Part shown: positions 50,593 to 60,537 of the stretch, piece after piece | How positions within the stretch are numbered: the first letter of the stretch is position 1 | How the letters are laid out: each line of letters starts with the position of its first letter | Assembly (NCBI GenBank): GCA_048940925.1 | Contig: JBHLOC010000012.1 | Coordinates: forward strand, 38,316-102,315 | DNA length: 64,000 nucleotides | Reading direction: 5' to 3' | Origin: Promethearchaeota archaeon | GTDB lineage: Archaea > Asgardarchaeota > Lokiarchaeia > Sigyniarchaeales > SOKP01 | Notes under the pieces: generated by a model | Seen by the model: the letters and a program-made list of their open reading frames with translations, nothing else | Told to the model about the DNA's origin: nothing | Databases searched by the model: none | Program-made: the position numbers and the translations under genes

Positions 50593-50970
50593 ATGATTTT
50601 TTTTCTTTATATTCGATTATTTTATCAACTATTAGACTATTCATATAAGAGAGGAAATATCATTATTGTCTCTGGAAAGATAAAGAATAAAGCTGAAGTA
50701 AAACGAAAGGCAAAAAAGCCTATATTATGTCCCTTATGCCAAGAGAAAATTGAAATTGGAGTAGAAAATTCTGTTGTTAAGGATATTTCTTTGTCAAATT
50801 TAGTCTATTTTCCTCACATTCATATACATGGTAATCCTCTTCATGCTTTAATCTGCTATCTTAACTCAAAATTAGAGACAAGAAATATTGGAATCATTAA
50901 AAGTATTGAAATTTCACGGGATTCGGATACTCTTAAACAAGTTATGAATAAATGGACAAATCCTTATTAG
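50593..50970 (+). CDS. Small Zn-binding protein (CPxC...HxHxHGxPxH), start uncertain
   Basis: CPLC and FPHIHIHGNPLHALICY; overlaps the helicase start. Confidence 0.7.
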   Translation: MIFFLYIRLFYQLLDYSYKRGNIIIVSGKIKNKAEVKRKAKKPILCPLCQEKIEIGVENSVVKDISLSNLVYFPHIHIHGNPLHALICYLNSKLETRNIGIIKSIEISRDSDTLKQVMNKWTNPY

Positions 50971-53513
50971 CAGAGGGATTACAGATTAGTCTTACAGATT
51001 TCACGAGTAAAATTGAAGAAAAAGAAATTGAATCTCAAAAAAATAAAGAGATTTTCAAATATATTCCTGAAGAAAAAATACTCAGAGTATTATTCGAAAA
51101 TCGTATTTTTGAATTACGGGATATTCAAAAAGAGGCCATCAAAAAAGGTCTATTCTTCAGAAAATCATTTTTAGTTTGTGCTCCTTCTGGAAGTGGTAAG
51201 ACATTAATAGGAGAGATCTGTGCTGCGAATAATGTATTTCAGAAGTTTGGGAAATCAGTCTATTTGGTTCCTTATAAAGCTTTGGCGACAGAAAAATATT
51301 ATCATTTTAAAAAAGGATATAAAAGGTTTGGAATCAAAGTAAAATTGTCCATTGGAGATTATGATGTGGATGATTCTAAGTTATCAAAAGCAGATATTAT
51401 AGTTACTACCTATGAAAAATGCGATTCACTATTGCGAAATTTTTATGATAAAGACTGGATTTATGACATTTCAACGATTATTATTGATGAAATTCATATA
51501 ATTGGAGAATCAGATCGAGGTCCTAGGTTAGAATCATTGATCGTACGACTAAATGAATTTCTACACAACCCTCAAATTATCGGATTAAGTGCCACAATCG
51601 CAAATCCTGAGTTTTTTAACACGTGGCTCTCTTCATTAGGTAATAGAACTACGCTTATAAAATCCGATTCACGTCCTGTACCCTTGCATTATAAAATCGA
51701 AATAACCCAGAATAAAGATTCTACCATAAAACATACCGTAAAATCTATTTTAGGAAAAAATGGTCAATTGCTCATCTTTGTAAATAAACGAAGAAGTGCT
51801 CAGCAAACTGCAGAATCGCTACAAATCTTAGTAAAAAAATATCTTGAAGATGCAGAATTAACCATATGTAAAGCATTAGAAAAGCGTCTTGATTCTATTA
51901 AAGGTGGGCATCAAGATTTAAAGAAGGTAATTAAATCTGGAATCGCATTTCATCATGCAGGACTCCTTCCTCGTGAACGAAGACTTATTGAAGATAATTT
52001 TCGAAAACGAATCATAAAGGTTGTATGCTGTACAACTACTTTATCAGCAGGAATAAATACTCCCGCACGAGCGGTTATCCTTAAGGATTTTAAAAAATAT
52101 GTGAGATCGGGGCATAATATTACAAATTATTCTGGTTATTTTGAAAATGGAGATGGGTTTAGCTATTTTAGACCTTTTTCAGCAAATGAAGTATTTCAGA
52201 TATTAGGAAGAGCTGGACGACCTGGATTGGATTCTGTAGGGTATGGTATTATCCTTGTAAAGAATATAGATGAGAAATTATGGGTTGAAGATCATTTTTT
52301 TAATGTCCAGCTGCCTTCTCATGAACTAATTCCTCGATATAATAATTTAGACTCAGGATTGAATAAAATAAATACATTGCAAGAACAGGTATTATTACGT
52401 GTATTTGAAGAAAAGCATATTACTACTGAAAAGCTAAAGGAATTTTTTGAAAAGACCTATTTTTGGTTTGGAATTAAAGATAAAATGAGACAACAAAAAA
52501 TTCCTATCGAACAATTATTAATGATAAGAGAGATAACTCCTCAGAATATTCTCAAGCTTCATTCTGATCCTCAGAGAGTAGAACAATTAAGAAAATCTCA
52601 TTATCAGATTAAATTATCACATTTTAATGACTCTACCCTCGGGGGACATGTGAAAACCGATTATGGAGTTTATTTCTGCCAATTCACGATCGAGACTGGT
52701 ATCCAATGTTCATGCGGATTCCAAAACGGCATGTCTGATAATTTTGCAAATGACGAGTTTTCATTTCACTTTTGTGATCACATTACTTTATTTCTTCAAT
52801 ATTTAATTGAATTACCTGATCAGTCCTTACAGAAATATACTAATTCTATCATCCCTAAAAGTATCAAAAATCAATATATTCTCTCTTATTTGTTTGAGAA
52901 AGGGCTTATTATGAGAGATAAAAAAGGGTTTCTCACCTGCTCTCAGTTTGGAAGTCTAATTATCAAATTATATTTATATCCTGTATCGGGAGTAATGATC
53001 AGATATAAACTTGAGAACAATGAAATTAATACCTTTCAGCAACTTATCAAGGAAGCCTATGATGTGCTTAAAGCAGAATATCGGGTAAAAGACTTTCATA
53101 TGCTTCAACCGCTTTTAGAATGGGCTGACGAAGAACCTATAGAAGAAATTTTAGAGCGGTACAACATTATGGCAGGAGATTTACATTCGGTGAGAGATAA
53201 TTTGGAGCGTATTGTCTCATTTATAGGCCATATTGCTAGTGATCTGAGTACAAATGGGTATGATCTTAGAACCAAGTTATCAAGAGTATCAGAAATGGCA
53301 GAGACTCTAAGAATCCGTGTTAAATACGGAATCCGAGAAGAATTATTTGATCTGGTGTTGAGATTACATGATGTTGCAAGGGTTCGAGCGCGAATTCTCT
53401 TTAATGCGGGATATCATACCGCTACTAAAGTAAAACAAGAAAATCCCTATATACTATATCAAAAAACAGGATTAGGAATTAATTTATGCAAAAAAATTAT
53501 TGGTGAAAAATAA
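50952..53513 (+). CDS. hel308: Ski2-like SF2 helicase, Hel308/Hjm paralog with inserted SWIM zinc finger
   Basis: APSGSGKT, PYKALA, DEIH, SAT, HHAGL, GINTPA, QILGRAGRPG, CSC-x19-CDH, C-terminal VARVRARILFNAG. Confidence 0.88.
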   Translation: MDKSLLAEGLQISLTDFTSKIEEKEIESQKNKEIFKYIPEEKILRVLFENRIFELRDIQKEAIKKGLFFRKSFLVCAPSGSGKTLIGEICAANNVFQKFGKSVYLVPYKALATEKYYHFKKGYKRFGIKVKLSIGDYDVDDSKLSKADIIVTTYEKCDSLLRNFYDKDWIYDISTIIIDEIHIIGESDRGPRLESLIVRLNEFLHNPQIIGLSATIANPEFFNTWLSSLGNRTTLIKSDSRPVPLHYKIEITQNKDSTIKHTVKSILGKNGQLLIFVNKRRSAQQTAESLQILVKKYLEDAELTICKALEKRLDSIKGGHQDLKKVIKSGIAFHHAGLLPRERRLIEDNFRKRIIKVVCCTTTLSAGINTPARAVILKDFKKYVRSGHNITNYSGYFENGDGFSYFRPFSANEVFQILGRAGRPGLDSVGYGIILVKNIDEKLWVEDHFFNVQLPSHELIPRYNNLDSGLNKINTLQEQVLLRVFEEKHITTEKLKEFFEKTYFWFGIKDKMRQQKIPIEQLLMIREITPQNILKLHSDPQRVEQLRKSHYQIKLSHFNDSTLGGHVKTDYGVYFCQFTIETGIQCSCGFQNGMSDNFANDEFSFHFCDHITLFLQYLIELPDQSLQKYTNSIIPKSIKNQYILSYLFEKGLIMRDKKGFLTCSQFGSLIIKLYLYPVSGVMIRYKLENNEINTFQQLIKEAYDVLKAEYRVKDFHMLQPLLEWADEEPIEEILERYNIMAGDLHSVRDNLERIVSFIGHIASDLSTNGYDLRTKLSRVSEMAETLRIRVKYGIREELFDLVLRLHDVARVRARILFNAGYHTATKVKQENPYILYQKTGLGINLCKKIIGEK

Positions 53514-53518
53514 GAGTT

Positions 53519-53803
53519 ATGGATTCTAAATCTGATTCTAACAGCACTAAGCAGGAACTTAAGATATACTCACGCGATAAGAATATAATTCCGAAAGATG
53601 CTAAACCTAAACAATTATTAGAACCAAAGGGTAACGTGGAGCAGATTTGTGATGAAAATATCATCACTTTACAAAAGATCCATGCCATATTGCTCAATTG
53701 TAGAAATTTATCTGAAAGACAAAAGTGTGAATTTGCCGAAAGTGAGCGATACTTCATGAAACTCCACTTAAAGAAACTACTGAAAAAATTAGAACAGAAA
53801 TAG
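53519..53803 (+). CDS. Hypothetical protein
   Basis: 94-aa ORF 5 nt after the helicase, followed by an oligo-T tract. Confidence 0.55.
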   Translation: MDSKSDSNSTKQELKIYSRDKNIIPKDAKPKQLLEPKGNVEQICDENIITLQKIHAILLNCRNLSERQKCEFAESERYFMKLHLKKLLKKLEQK

Positions 53804-53879
53804 CCGTATTTTTTATTTTTTTTCTTTAAAAATATTGGATAATTCTTTTTTACAAATAATCAGAATAAGGTAATTATAT

Positions 53880-54143
53880 CTGAGTTCTAAAATCTCAAAA
53901 GAAAAGTATCAAGATAATATCAGACTTAAGATAACTGAAGAAAGAATTGTCGGTTTAGAGAAAGCGGTTATCTCTTTTTCTAAGCTCACTGGATTTTCTC
54001 ATACTGCATTTGTTTATACCGGAAATGAATCGATCCCATTTAAAGACACTCATCCTGTATATCAAACTATTCTGCGAAATGAATTTGCTGATGCTATTAG
54101 GAAATCTGTGAAGGAAAGAAAGAGAGTTCTTAACTTATTATAA
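53880..54143 (+). CDS. Unannotated 87-aa protein with CTG start
   Basis: Open frame from CTG 53880 to TAA 54143; AAGGT upstream; fills the gap between annotated genes. Confidence 0.5.
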   Translation: MSSKISKEKYQDNIRLKITEERIVGLEKAVISFSKLTGFSHTAFVYTGNESIPFKDTHPVYQTILRNEFADAIRKSVKERKRVLNLL

Positions 54144-54668
54144 CCTCTCTACATCTAACTTATAGGAATTAGAGGTTAATTTAATTAGTATTCCGTTTTC
54201 TAAAAAATTTCGGGTTAAGATCTTGATTTCAGAAGAGGGAATTCCAAAATTATCTGCCATCACTTCTATTACGTATAATGGAAATTTCTTATACATTGAT
54301 GAAATTTTTAAAAGCATTTTCTTGTAACTCTTCAGTAGTCTATCATCGTCATTTTCAATGTTCTTGATCTGTCTTGATCTAGAACTTGAACGTGCTACTT
54401 TAAAGTCGCTGGAAGCTCTTAAGTCTGGAATATCCCCTATTGTCTTGATTGCTAGTTCATGCTGTCGTGTTTTCACCACCTCTATTGCTTTACTAACCCC
54501 ATTTACTAATTCGCTTGAGTCTTGTATATTTTCTACTTTATGAGACCTTCCGCATCTTAGGCATTTCTTGGTCTTTTGGGTAGTCTTGACATACATATAT
54601 TGGTGACATTTTCTACAGGTAAATACATAATAGGGTGTCTGATCTCTTTCCCATGCGATATCTTCCAT
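54138..54668 (-). CDS. DUF1922-like Zn-ribbon protein with C-terminal wHTH-like region
   Basis: VFTCRKC-x13-KCLRCGR; start overlaps the Hef stop. Confidence 0.7.
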   Translation of the reverse strand: MEDIAWERDQTPYYVFTCRKCHQYMYVKTTQKTKKCLRCGRSHKVENIQDSSELVNGVSKAIEVVKTRQHELAIKTIGDIPDLRASSDFKVARSSSRSRQIKNIENDDDRLLKSYKKMLLKISSMYKKFPLYVIEVMADNFGIPSSEIKILTRNFLENGILIKLTSNSYKLDVERL

Positions 54669-56800
54669 TATATTTCCTCTTTTTGAGTGTCCAATATATT
54701 TTTAACAATAAACGAAAGTTCTTCTTCATTATCGATACAAATGACATGAAGCTGATTATCCTTTCCAAATCTTATAAGTCTTTCTCGAAGCACCCGTTTC
54801 TCGCCTTCGAGTTCTTCTTTGAAAGTAATGAAATCAAAAACGATAATTAATAATTCACATAACTCTTGGAAATCGTTTAATTCAGAGATAAAGGTTGGAT
54901 CAGCTATTTTATCAGGGGGATAGATTTGAATTAACACTTTATTTAATAAAATAATATGAAGATCTGAATCAGTAATTTCATAATGAAGATAATTCTGTTC
55001 TAATTGCTTTCGTAATCCATATTTCATTGAAAGATGTGAACTTATTTTGACCTCTGCATCTTTAATACCTTCCTCTTTAGGATGTAAAAAAGCTCGAAGA
55101 TTTGACTGTCTCTGCCTTGTATTCTCTCTTCTTATTTCTCGAGGAACCAACTCAGTGCTTTTCATTTCTGATACTGACTCAATGTCCACAAGAGGAAATT
55201 CATAGTGTTCACGTTCCTGTGTAGGTTGTCTCAGAGTAAAGTTCATTCTCTTAAGCTTATTTAATGCAATTCTCAGGTATATCTCATCATGAGTGTTCTT
55301 GCAATATAAGATTATCACTCGACCTTGTCGATGTCGTGCAGTCCGTCCTTTACGTTGAATAAGCCTAATTTCAGATGCCACTACATCATAGAATATTACT
55401 AAATCACATTCCGCAATATCCAGACCTTCTTCTCCCACATTAGTGCTTACTAAGACGTTATATTCTCCCTCTCTAAATTGATCTAGAATCTCGATTTGTT
55501 GTTTTTGGGATAAACCTTTATCATCCGTAGACTTAGTTGCTTGTCCTACAAATCGTACCGCATGAATCCTATTCGTATCCTTAAGCTTATTTACAATATT
55601 TTTAACAGAATCCCGAAGTTTTACAAAAACTAGAATTCGGGAAATAGGATTAGTTCTCAACTCATCTAAAATTACTTTAACCAACACTTGATATTTGGGA
55701 TGAATTAAGTTATCAGGGGTAAAATCATGATTTTTCTTAAGCTCCAAGAATAGTTGATTTAATCTATAATCCCCTGTTAATACTCGTACTGCTTTGGAAC
55801 TATTTTTCTTTTTAGCATCTTTATACATTTTCTCAAGATAATGTAATAGTACATCAAGTCCCTGCTGTTCAATTAATTCTTGCATATGGAACAATATTAA
55901 TCCTTGGGCATTAATAGATAAGGCGCTATATACTCCAATTGTATCCCCATTCTTTAAAGCAGCAATTAGTTCACTATTGAGTCGCAATAGATCTTTTCTA
56001 ATAATATGAGCATATAATGGTTCTCCCTTAATTTCCAAAAAATTAAGCTGAGAAAGATATTGTAAGCGTTCTTCTAATACGCTGTTAAGCAATTCATATG
56101 CATGACTCATTAATTCAGTTAAATTTACTCCGATTTTATACACATCCATTGGTTTGAGATAAGTTTTCACATCTCTATCTTTTCGGGTTCGAATATGGAT
56201 ATTCTCCTGAGAAATAAATAGATTTTTACACAGCATATTGATTTTTTGCTTTGATGCTCCTGGAGATGCTGTCAACCCTAAAATGGTTCCATCGGGATTT
56301 TGTTCTACAAATTTCTCTGCTATCATGGTATAGGGATAGTCTCCTGATGCATGATGAGCCTCATCAAAAATAATAAGAGCAGTAGTTTCAAGTGTATATT
56401 TGTTATGTATTAAATCGTTTCGTAAGGTTTGAGGAGTGTAAAAAATGATTTGAGAATTATTAAATATTTCTGCTCGATCTTGGGGGTTAACTTTCCCAGT
56501 AAGCACTACAAAGGTATCTTCAGGAAGAGTGAGGAACTTCATAAATGTGTCATAGTGCTGATTAATTAAAGGTCTGGTGGGAGCAAGGACAATTATTTTG
56601 CTCTGGGGCGGGTATGTTTGTAATATTCTACTTGCCACTAGCACTGCGATTATAGTCTTTCCTAATCCTGTTGGTAGCACTACTAAGGAGTTTTTTAATA
56701 TACATTTATTGGCAATTTCGGTCTGATATTTTCGTATTTCAAGGTCTCTTCCCTTTACTAAAGAAGCCGAATTAGTAGAATTTGTCTTAAGTGCCCCCAT
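54668..56800 (-). CDS. hef: Hef/FANCM(Mph1)-like SF2 helicase with degenerate ERCC4-like C-terminal domain
   Basis: RKYQ, LPTGLGKT, PTRPL, DEAHHA, TASPG, FVGQA, GEEGLDI, QRKGRTAR. Confidence 0.9.
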   Translation of the reverse strand: MGALKTNSTNSASLVKGRDLEIRKYQTEIANKCILKNSLVVLPTGLGKTIIAVLVASRILQTYPPQSKIIVLAPTRPLINQHYDTFMKFLTLPEDTFVVLTGKVNPQDRAEIFNNSQIIFYTPQTLRNDLIHNKYTLETTALIIFDEAHHASGDYPYTMIAEKFVEQNPDGTILGLTASPGASKQKINMLCKNLFISQENIHIRTRKDRDVKTYLKPMDVYKIGVNLTELMSHAYELLNSVLEERLQYLSQLNFLEIKGEPLYAHIIRKDLLRLNSELIAALKNGDTIGVYSALSINAQGLILFHMQELIEQQGLDVLLHYLEKMYKDAKKKNSSKAVRVLTGDYRLNQLFLELKKNHDFTPDNLIHPKYQVLVKVILDELRTNPISRILVFVKLRDSVKNIVNKLKDTNRIHAVRFVGQATKSTDDKGLSQKQQIEILDQFREGEYNVLVSTNVGEEGLDIAECDLVIFYDVVASEIRLIQRKGRTARHRQGRVIILYCKNTHDEIYLRIALNKLKRMNFTLRQPTQEREHYEFPLVDIESVSEMKSTELVPREIRRENTRQRQSNLRAFLHPKEEGIKDAEVKISSHLSMKYGLRKQLEQNYLHYEITDSDLHIILLNKVLIQIYPPDKIADPTFISELNDFQELCELLIIVFDFITFKEELEGEKRVLRERLIRFGKDNQLHVICIDNEEELSFIVKNILDTQKEEI

Positions 56801-57407
56801 TCGCTTCCACTCTAACTATATAATTCTCAATAATAAATTCACTAATCGCCTTATTACTCTTATTATATGAAATAAGCATATCTCCAATTTTTTGTCCTAT
56901 ATCAGAGAGATACACTAAGTTATTTTGAGCAATAATAAAAAGAAGTGGATGAGTTTCGAGTAATATATTAAGTTTTTGAGTGAGTGGGCTGGACTGTAAG
57001 ATGTTAAATCCTTTACCCTTATGGACTACTTTAAACCAGTAATAGATATCATTTAGCACTTTTATTTGGGTGGAAGTAAACTTAATTATAATTGGCTCTT
57101 TTATTTGCTTTTGAACAATCATATAGAGTTGATTCCCTTCCCTTTTTCTAAGTAGTTTATAGTCCTTAAAGATGGTATGAAACATATTTTGGTATTCTAC
57201 AATAAGAGAGATTAGCTCATTGATATCTGTTGAGCTAACTTGTAAGTATTGTGCAAATTTAGTGATATTAAATTTTTTATTATAATTGTTCTTGAATCGG
57301 CTTAAGATGTCTAACATATTCCGTAATAAATTAATTGTCTTCTTGATATATTTACCAATCTGACTAGTAAGTTCCAGAGACTGTGAATCGAAACTCATCA
57401 AGATCAC
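56787..57407 (-). CDS. Hypothetical protein, possible tandem winged-helix
   Basis: FNITKFAQYLQVSSTDINELI HTH-like segment; YLSDIGQKI wing; overlaps hef. Confidence 0.55.
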   Translation of the reverse strand: MILMSFDSQSLELTSQIGKYIKKTINLLRNMLDILSRFKNNYNKKFNITKFAQYLQVSSTDINELISLIVEYQNMFHTIFKDYKLLRKREGNQLYMIVQKQIKEPIIIKFTSTQIKVLNDIYYWFKVVHKGKGFNILQSSPLTQKLNILLETHPLLFIIAQNNLVYLSDIGQKIGDMLISYNKSNKAISEFIIENYIVRVEANGGT

Positions 57408-57442
57408 AATAAGTTAAGATAATAAAAAGAAAAAAACTCAAC

Positions 57443-60382
57443 TTATCGTTTCTTTAGTTTTTTAGTTTTCACGGTAGTAATTACTATGACACTTCCAGGA
57501 ATGATAGTCAAAATGGTGATAACGGGAATAGTTTGAAGGAGTTCATTCTTATAATTGAGATTAGGTTTATCAAGAGGATCATCTGGGACCTCATTTTCAG
57601 GTATGATCTCTCCTTTATAGAAAGTATAGTTCCCAAGAAACATCCATTCGTTAGTTATTCCATCTGTAAGATAAATCCCGAAAGTATAAGACGAGTCAAG
57701 ATTAACCTCATAGTTCAGAGAAAAGATTGAATAATTCTCGTGGTCGTGCCTATAGAAATATTCTGTATCCAAAAATCCATATTCCCAATATACTGACGCA
57801 TAAGCTGAGCCGAATGATATGTTATGATCTTTTAGGCTTGTTCGATAGGTACCATTAATTTCAAGATATACAGAACTATTTATCGCATCAGTTTTTAAAG
57901 AATAATTTATAGCGTACTCGGTATAGATAGTAATATTCTTTTCACTAATCTTTCTAAATCCTTCATATGCTTCTAATCTCATAGGTATTTCAGGATAATA
58001 ATTCCTATCTATTGGTACATATACTTCTTTTGTGAACTCATTACCTTCTACTCTATCAAACAAAATCGTACCTAAATCCTTATGGATACATTTTAAGGTG
58101 ATATATGTGCCATAATCATCAATGATGAGATTCTGAACATTTGCAGTAAAAGGAATATACTCGCCTAACGGTATAGTTTCAGGATAATCCACATTGATAA
58201 TCACATCACTATTCTGTGCCAAATCGCATATCCAATGTAAAATTGCATGATCCATTCTATTATGGGTAGGAGTCAAATAAAATTCACATAGTTCTTCTGA
58301 ATATATCGCTTTCATCAAATTTTGGATAGAAATTGAATTAAATTCTATATCGAGATCAAGTATTTGGACGATTTTGTAAGAAAAATAAATATTCTTGATA
58401 TTAGTATAATCCAGATGATCTAAAACATAATTCTCAATCTTTTGGGTATTTTTACTAAATAAGTTCAATGCTTTAAGGGCATAAATCATATAATAGGTGT
58501 GTTCTAAAATATCTTCTACCTTCGAAGTATATCCGGGATCAAGATAAAGATAATTTGTAGATTCTACTATCTTTCTATCAATAAAGCAATACAAAGCATT
58601 TGTATCGAAGGGGAGTTGACTAAGCTCACCTAATCCGAGGAACTGTGCCAATAATTCCAAATTTCGAACCGCATAATATGTATTTAGGAAGAATACATTC
58701 TTGCTTAAATACTCAGAGAACGTCGGATTATAAGGTTCCCAATAAGTAAATCCCCCAAAACTGTTATAATATGAATCATTGAGAAATTGAGAAGCAATAA
58801 TATCATTTAATAATTCGTTTAAATCATAGCTTTGCCCAAAGTCATCAAGTTTAAACATATTCTGTAAGGAAGTGAGGGCGTGAAAAGTTGCTTTATGAGA
58901 AATAAGCACGTTAACATCATCCACATAGTTCTTATATCCTATAGTATAGAATTCATAGGGACGTGATCGAAAGCCGATAAATGATTTACCTCCTGCAATA
59001 TATTCTACAAATCGACATGAACCTGTAGTATAATATGAAGAGATAATATCATTATAAAGTTGAGAAATATCGAGATCTGAAAGTCTATCATATAATTTAT
59101 ACGAAGAGACAATACTATGGATTAAATCCATACTCATATAATCCCTAGATAAAGGAGTAAATCCATCATAACTATAATAGTTTGAGATAGCACTACTGAT
59201 TTGAGTTTTGTCATCTTCATCTAATCGCGAAATCTCACCCGTATTATTTAACACCCGTATAATCTGAAATATATCTATGAGTTCGTGATAATCAAGTAAA
59301 GTGGAAGAATCCCAGGTTCCCCATGAATTGCGATTGTTAAGTAGAAATGCAATCACATTTTCACGGTTGATATTCGGATCATTAGTAATATCAGAGAGCT
59401 CCAGTCCAAGTGCAGTCGCTACGATATTCGCATATTCTATGCCAAAATCCATCTGTGATATTCGAAAATAATAAGTGGTAGAATCATATAATCCATCTAA
59501 AAAGGAGTAGAAGTTAGGCTCACTAATGCTTCCTTGCATACCAAATAGTTCCAATGTCTTGATACAATAATATGAACTGAGCATATTAGGTTCAAAAAGA
59601 GGACTAAGGCTATCAAAGGAGCTATTTAGATCATTAAGAAATCCACCTACCATCCAACCTGCTCCTTGAGATATTTGTAACTCATTTACATATTGGATAA
59701 TCTGATCCCTTTCAGCAGTATATAATGTCCAATCATCCATTAGAAGATCTAATGCATAAACCGCAAAAAAAGTATTATCCATAGTTGAAATTTTGAATCC
59801 TTCTTCTAAGGTTTGTTCATATTTTTGCCCGATAAATCCCGAAGTATCGGTATCATAGCAGTCCCAAATATATGAAATCATCTTCGAAGTATCAATTAAG
59901 TTAAGGGAGTTTAATAAATCTAATGACATTATCCCATAGCAATTAACTTCCAATTGCGTATTTAAGGGATAATATACTTGATTGAAGTCAGTATCAAGAT
60001 ACCTATAGGCATACTTATCCATGAATAAATTCATATCACCATCATAATAAGACATAATATGGTTGAGGACTTCAGTGCCATTTATATCCTCTAACTTCCC
60101 AATAGCATCTAATATATACAAACCATAATAGGTTGCTTGAATTGAAGAATCAAACATTTGTGTGTAATACCCATCATCTTGATATTGACGAATCTTTTGG
60201 GAAAAGATTTCTTGGAGTATCTCCCCATTACTCTTCGAGGAATGTCCGAGATGGGTATGATCCAACTTGTTATAAGGTAAAAACTCAACTTTAGCACCGC
60301 TTCTAGGGAAGATATACATTATTGAACCTGCAAATACAAACATGAAAAATAGAATAGTACTTAACTTTTTTCTTTTCATCAT
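57443..60382 (-). CDS. Large surface protein with prenyltransferase/squalene-cyclase-like (alpha/alpha) repeats and C-terminal TM anchor
   Basis: Signal peptide; repeated TY(Y/F)(A/G)-x3-L-x2-L and GGF motifs; beta-rich C-terminal region; TM plus KKLKKR. Confidence 0.7.
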   Translation of the reverse strand: MMKRKKLSTILFFMFVFAGSIMYIFPRSGAKVEFLPYNKLDHTHLGHSSKSNGEILQEIFSQKIRQYQDDGYYTQMFDSSIQATYYGLYILDAIGKLEDINGTEVLNHIMSYYDGDMNLFMDKYAYRYLDTDFNQVYYPLNTQLEVNCYGIMSLDLLNSLNLIDTSKMISYIWDCYDTDTSGFIGQKYEQTLEEGFKISTMDNTFFAVYALDLLMDDWTLYTAERDQIIQYVNELQISQGAGWMVGGFLNDLNSSFDSLSPLFEPNMLSSYYCIKTLELFGMQGSISEPNFYSFLDGLYDSTTYYFRISQMDFGIEYANIVATALGLELSDITNDPNINRENVIAFLLNNRNSWGTWDSSTLLDYHELIDIFQIIRVLNNTGEISRLDEDDKTQISSAISNYYSYDGFTPLSRDYMSMDLIHSIVSSYKLYDRLSDLDISQLYNDIISSYYTTGSCRFVEYIAGGKSFIGFRSRPYEFYTIGYKNYVDDVNVLISHKATFHALTSLQNMFKLDDFGQSYDLNELLNDIIASQFLNDSYYNSFGGFTYWEPYNPTFSEYLSKNVFFLNTYYAVRNLELLAQFLGLGELSQLPFDTNALYCFIDRKIVESTNYLYLDPGYTSKVEDILEHTYYMIYALKALNLFSKNTQKIENYVLDHLDYTNIKNIYFSYKIVQILDLDIEFNSISIQNLMKAIYSEELCEFYLTPTHNRMDHAILHWICDLAQNSDVIINVDYPETIPLGEYIPFTANVQNLIIDDYGTYITLKCIHKDLGTILFDRVEGNEFTKEVYVPIDRNYYPEIPMRLEAYEGFRKISEKNITIYTEYAINYSLKTDAINSSVYLEINGTYRTSLKDHNISFGSAYASVYWEYGFLDTEYFYRHDHENYSIFSLNYEVNLDSSYTFGIYLTDGITNEWMFLGNYTFYKGEIIPENEVPDDPLDKPNLNYKNELLQTIPVITILTIIPGSVIVITTVKTKKLKKR

Positions 60383-60537
60383 AAATTATCCTTGAAGTAT
60401 GAATAATACTACTCTTAAAGCGAATCTATTTAAATAAAAAAATTGAACTGCCACTCAATAGCTATTATGAAGAGGGGAAAAGGAGGATAAAAAAAGTGAA
60501 GTAATTAGGAGGGTAAAAACCTGACCTAACATAATCA

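Noticed and set aside
50435-50644. 69-aa minus-strand ORF across the structured element
   Set aside because: No motif or RBS; the open frame is explained by local GC richness and it overlaps a promoter and the + strand gene
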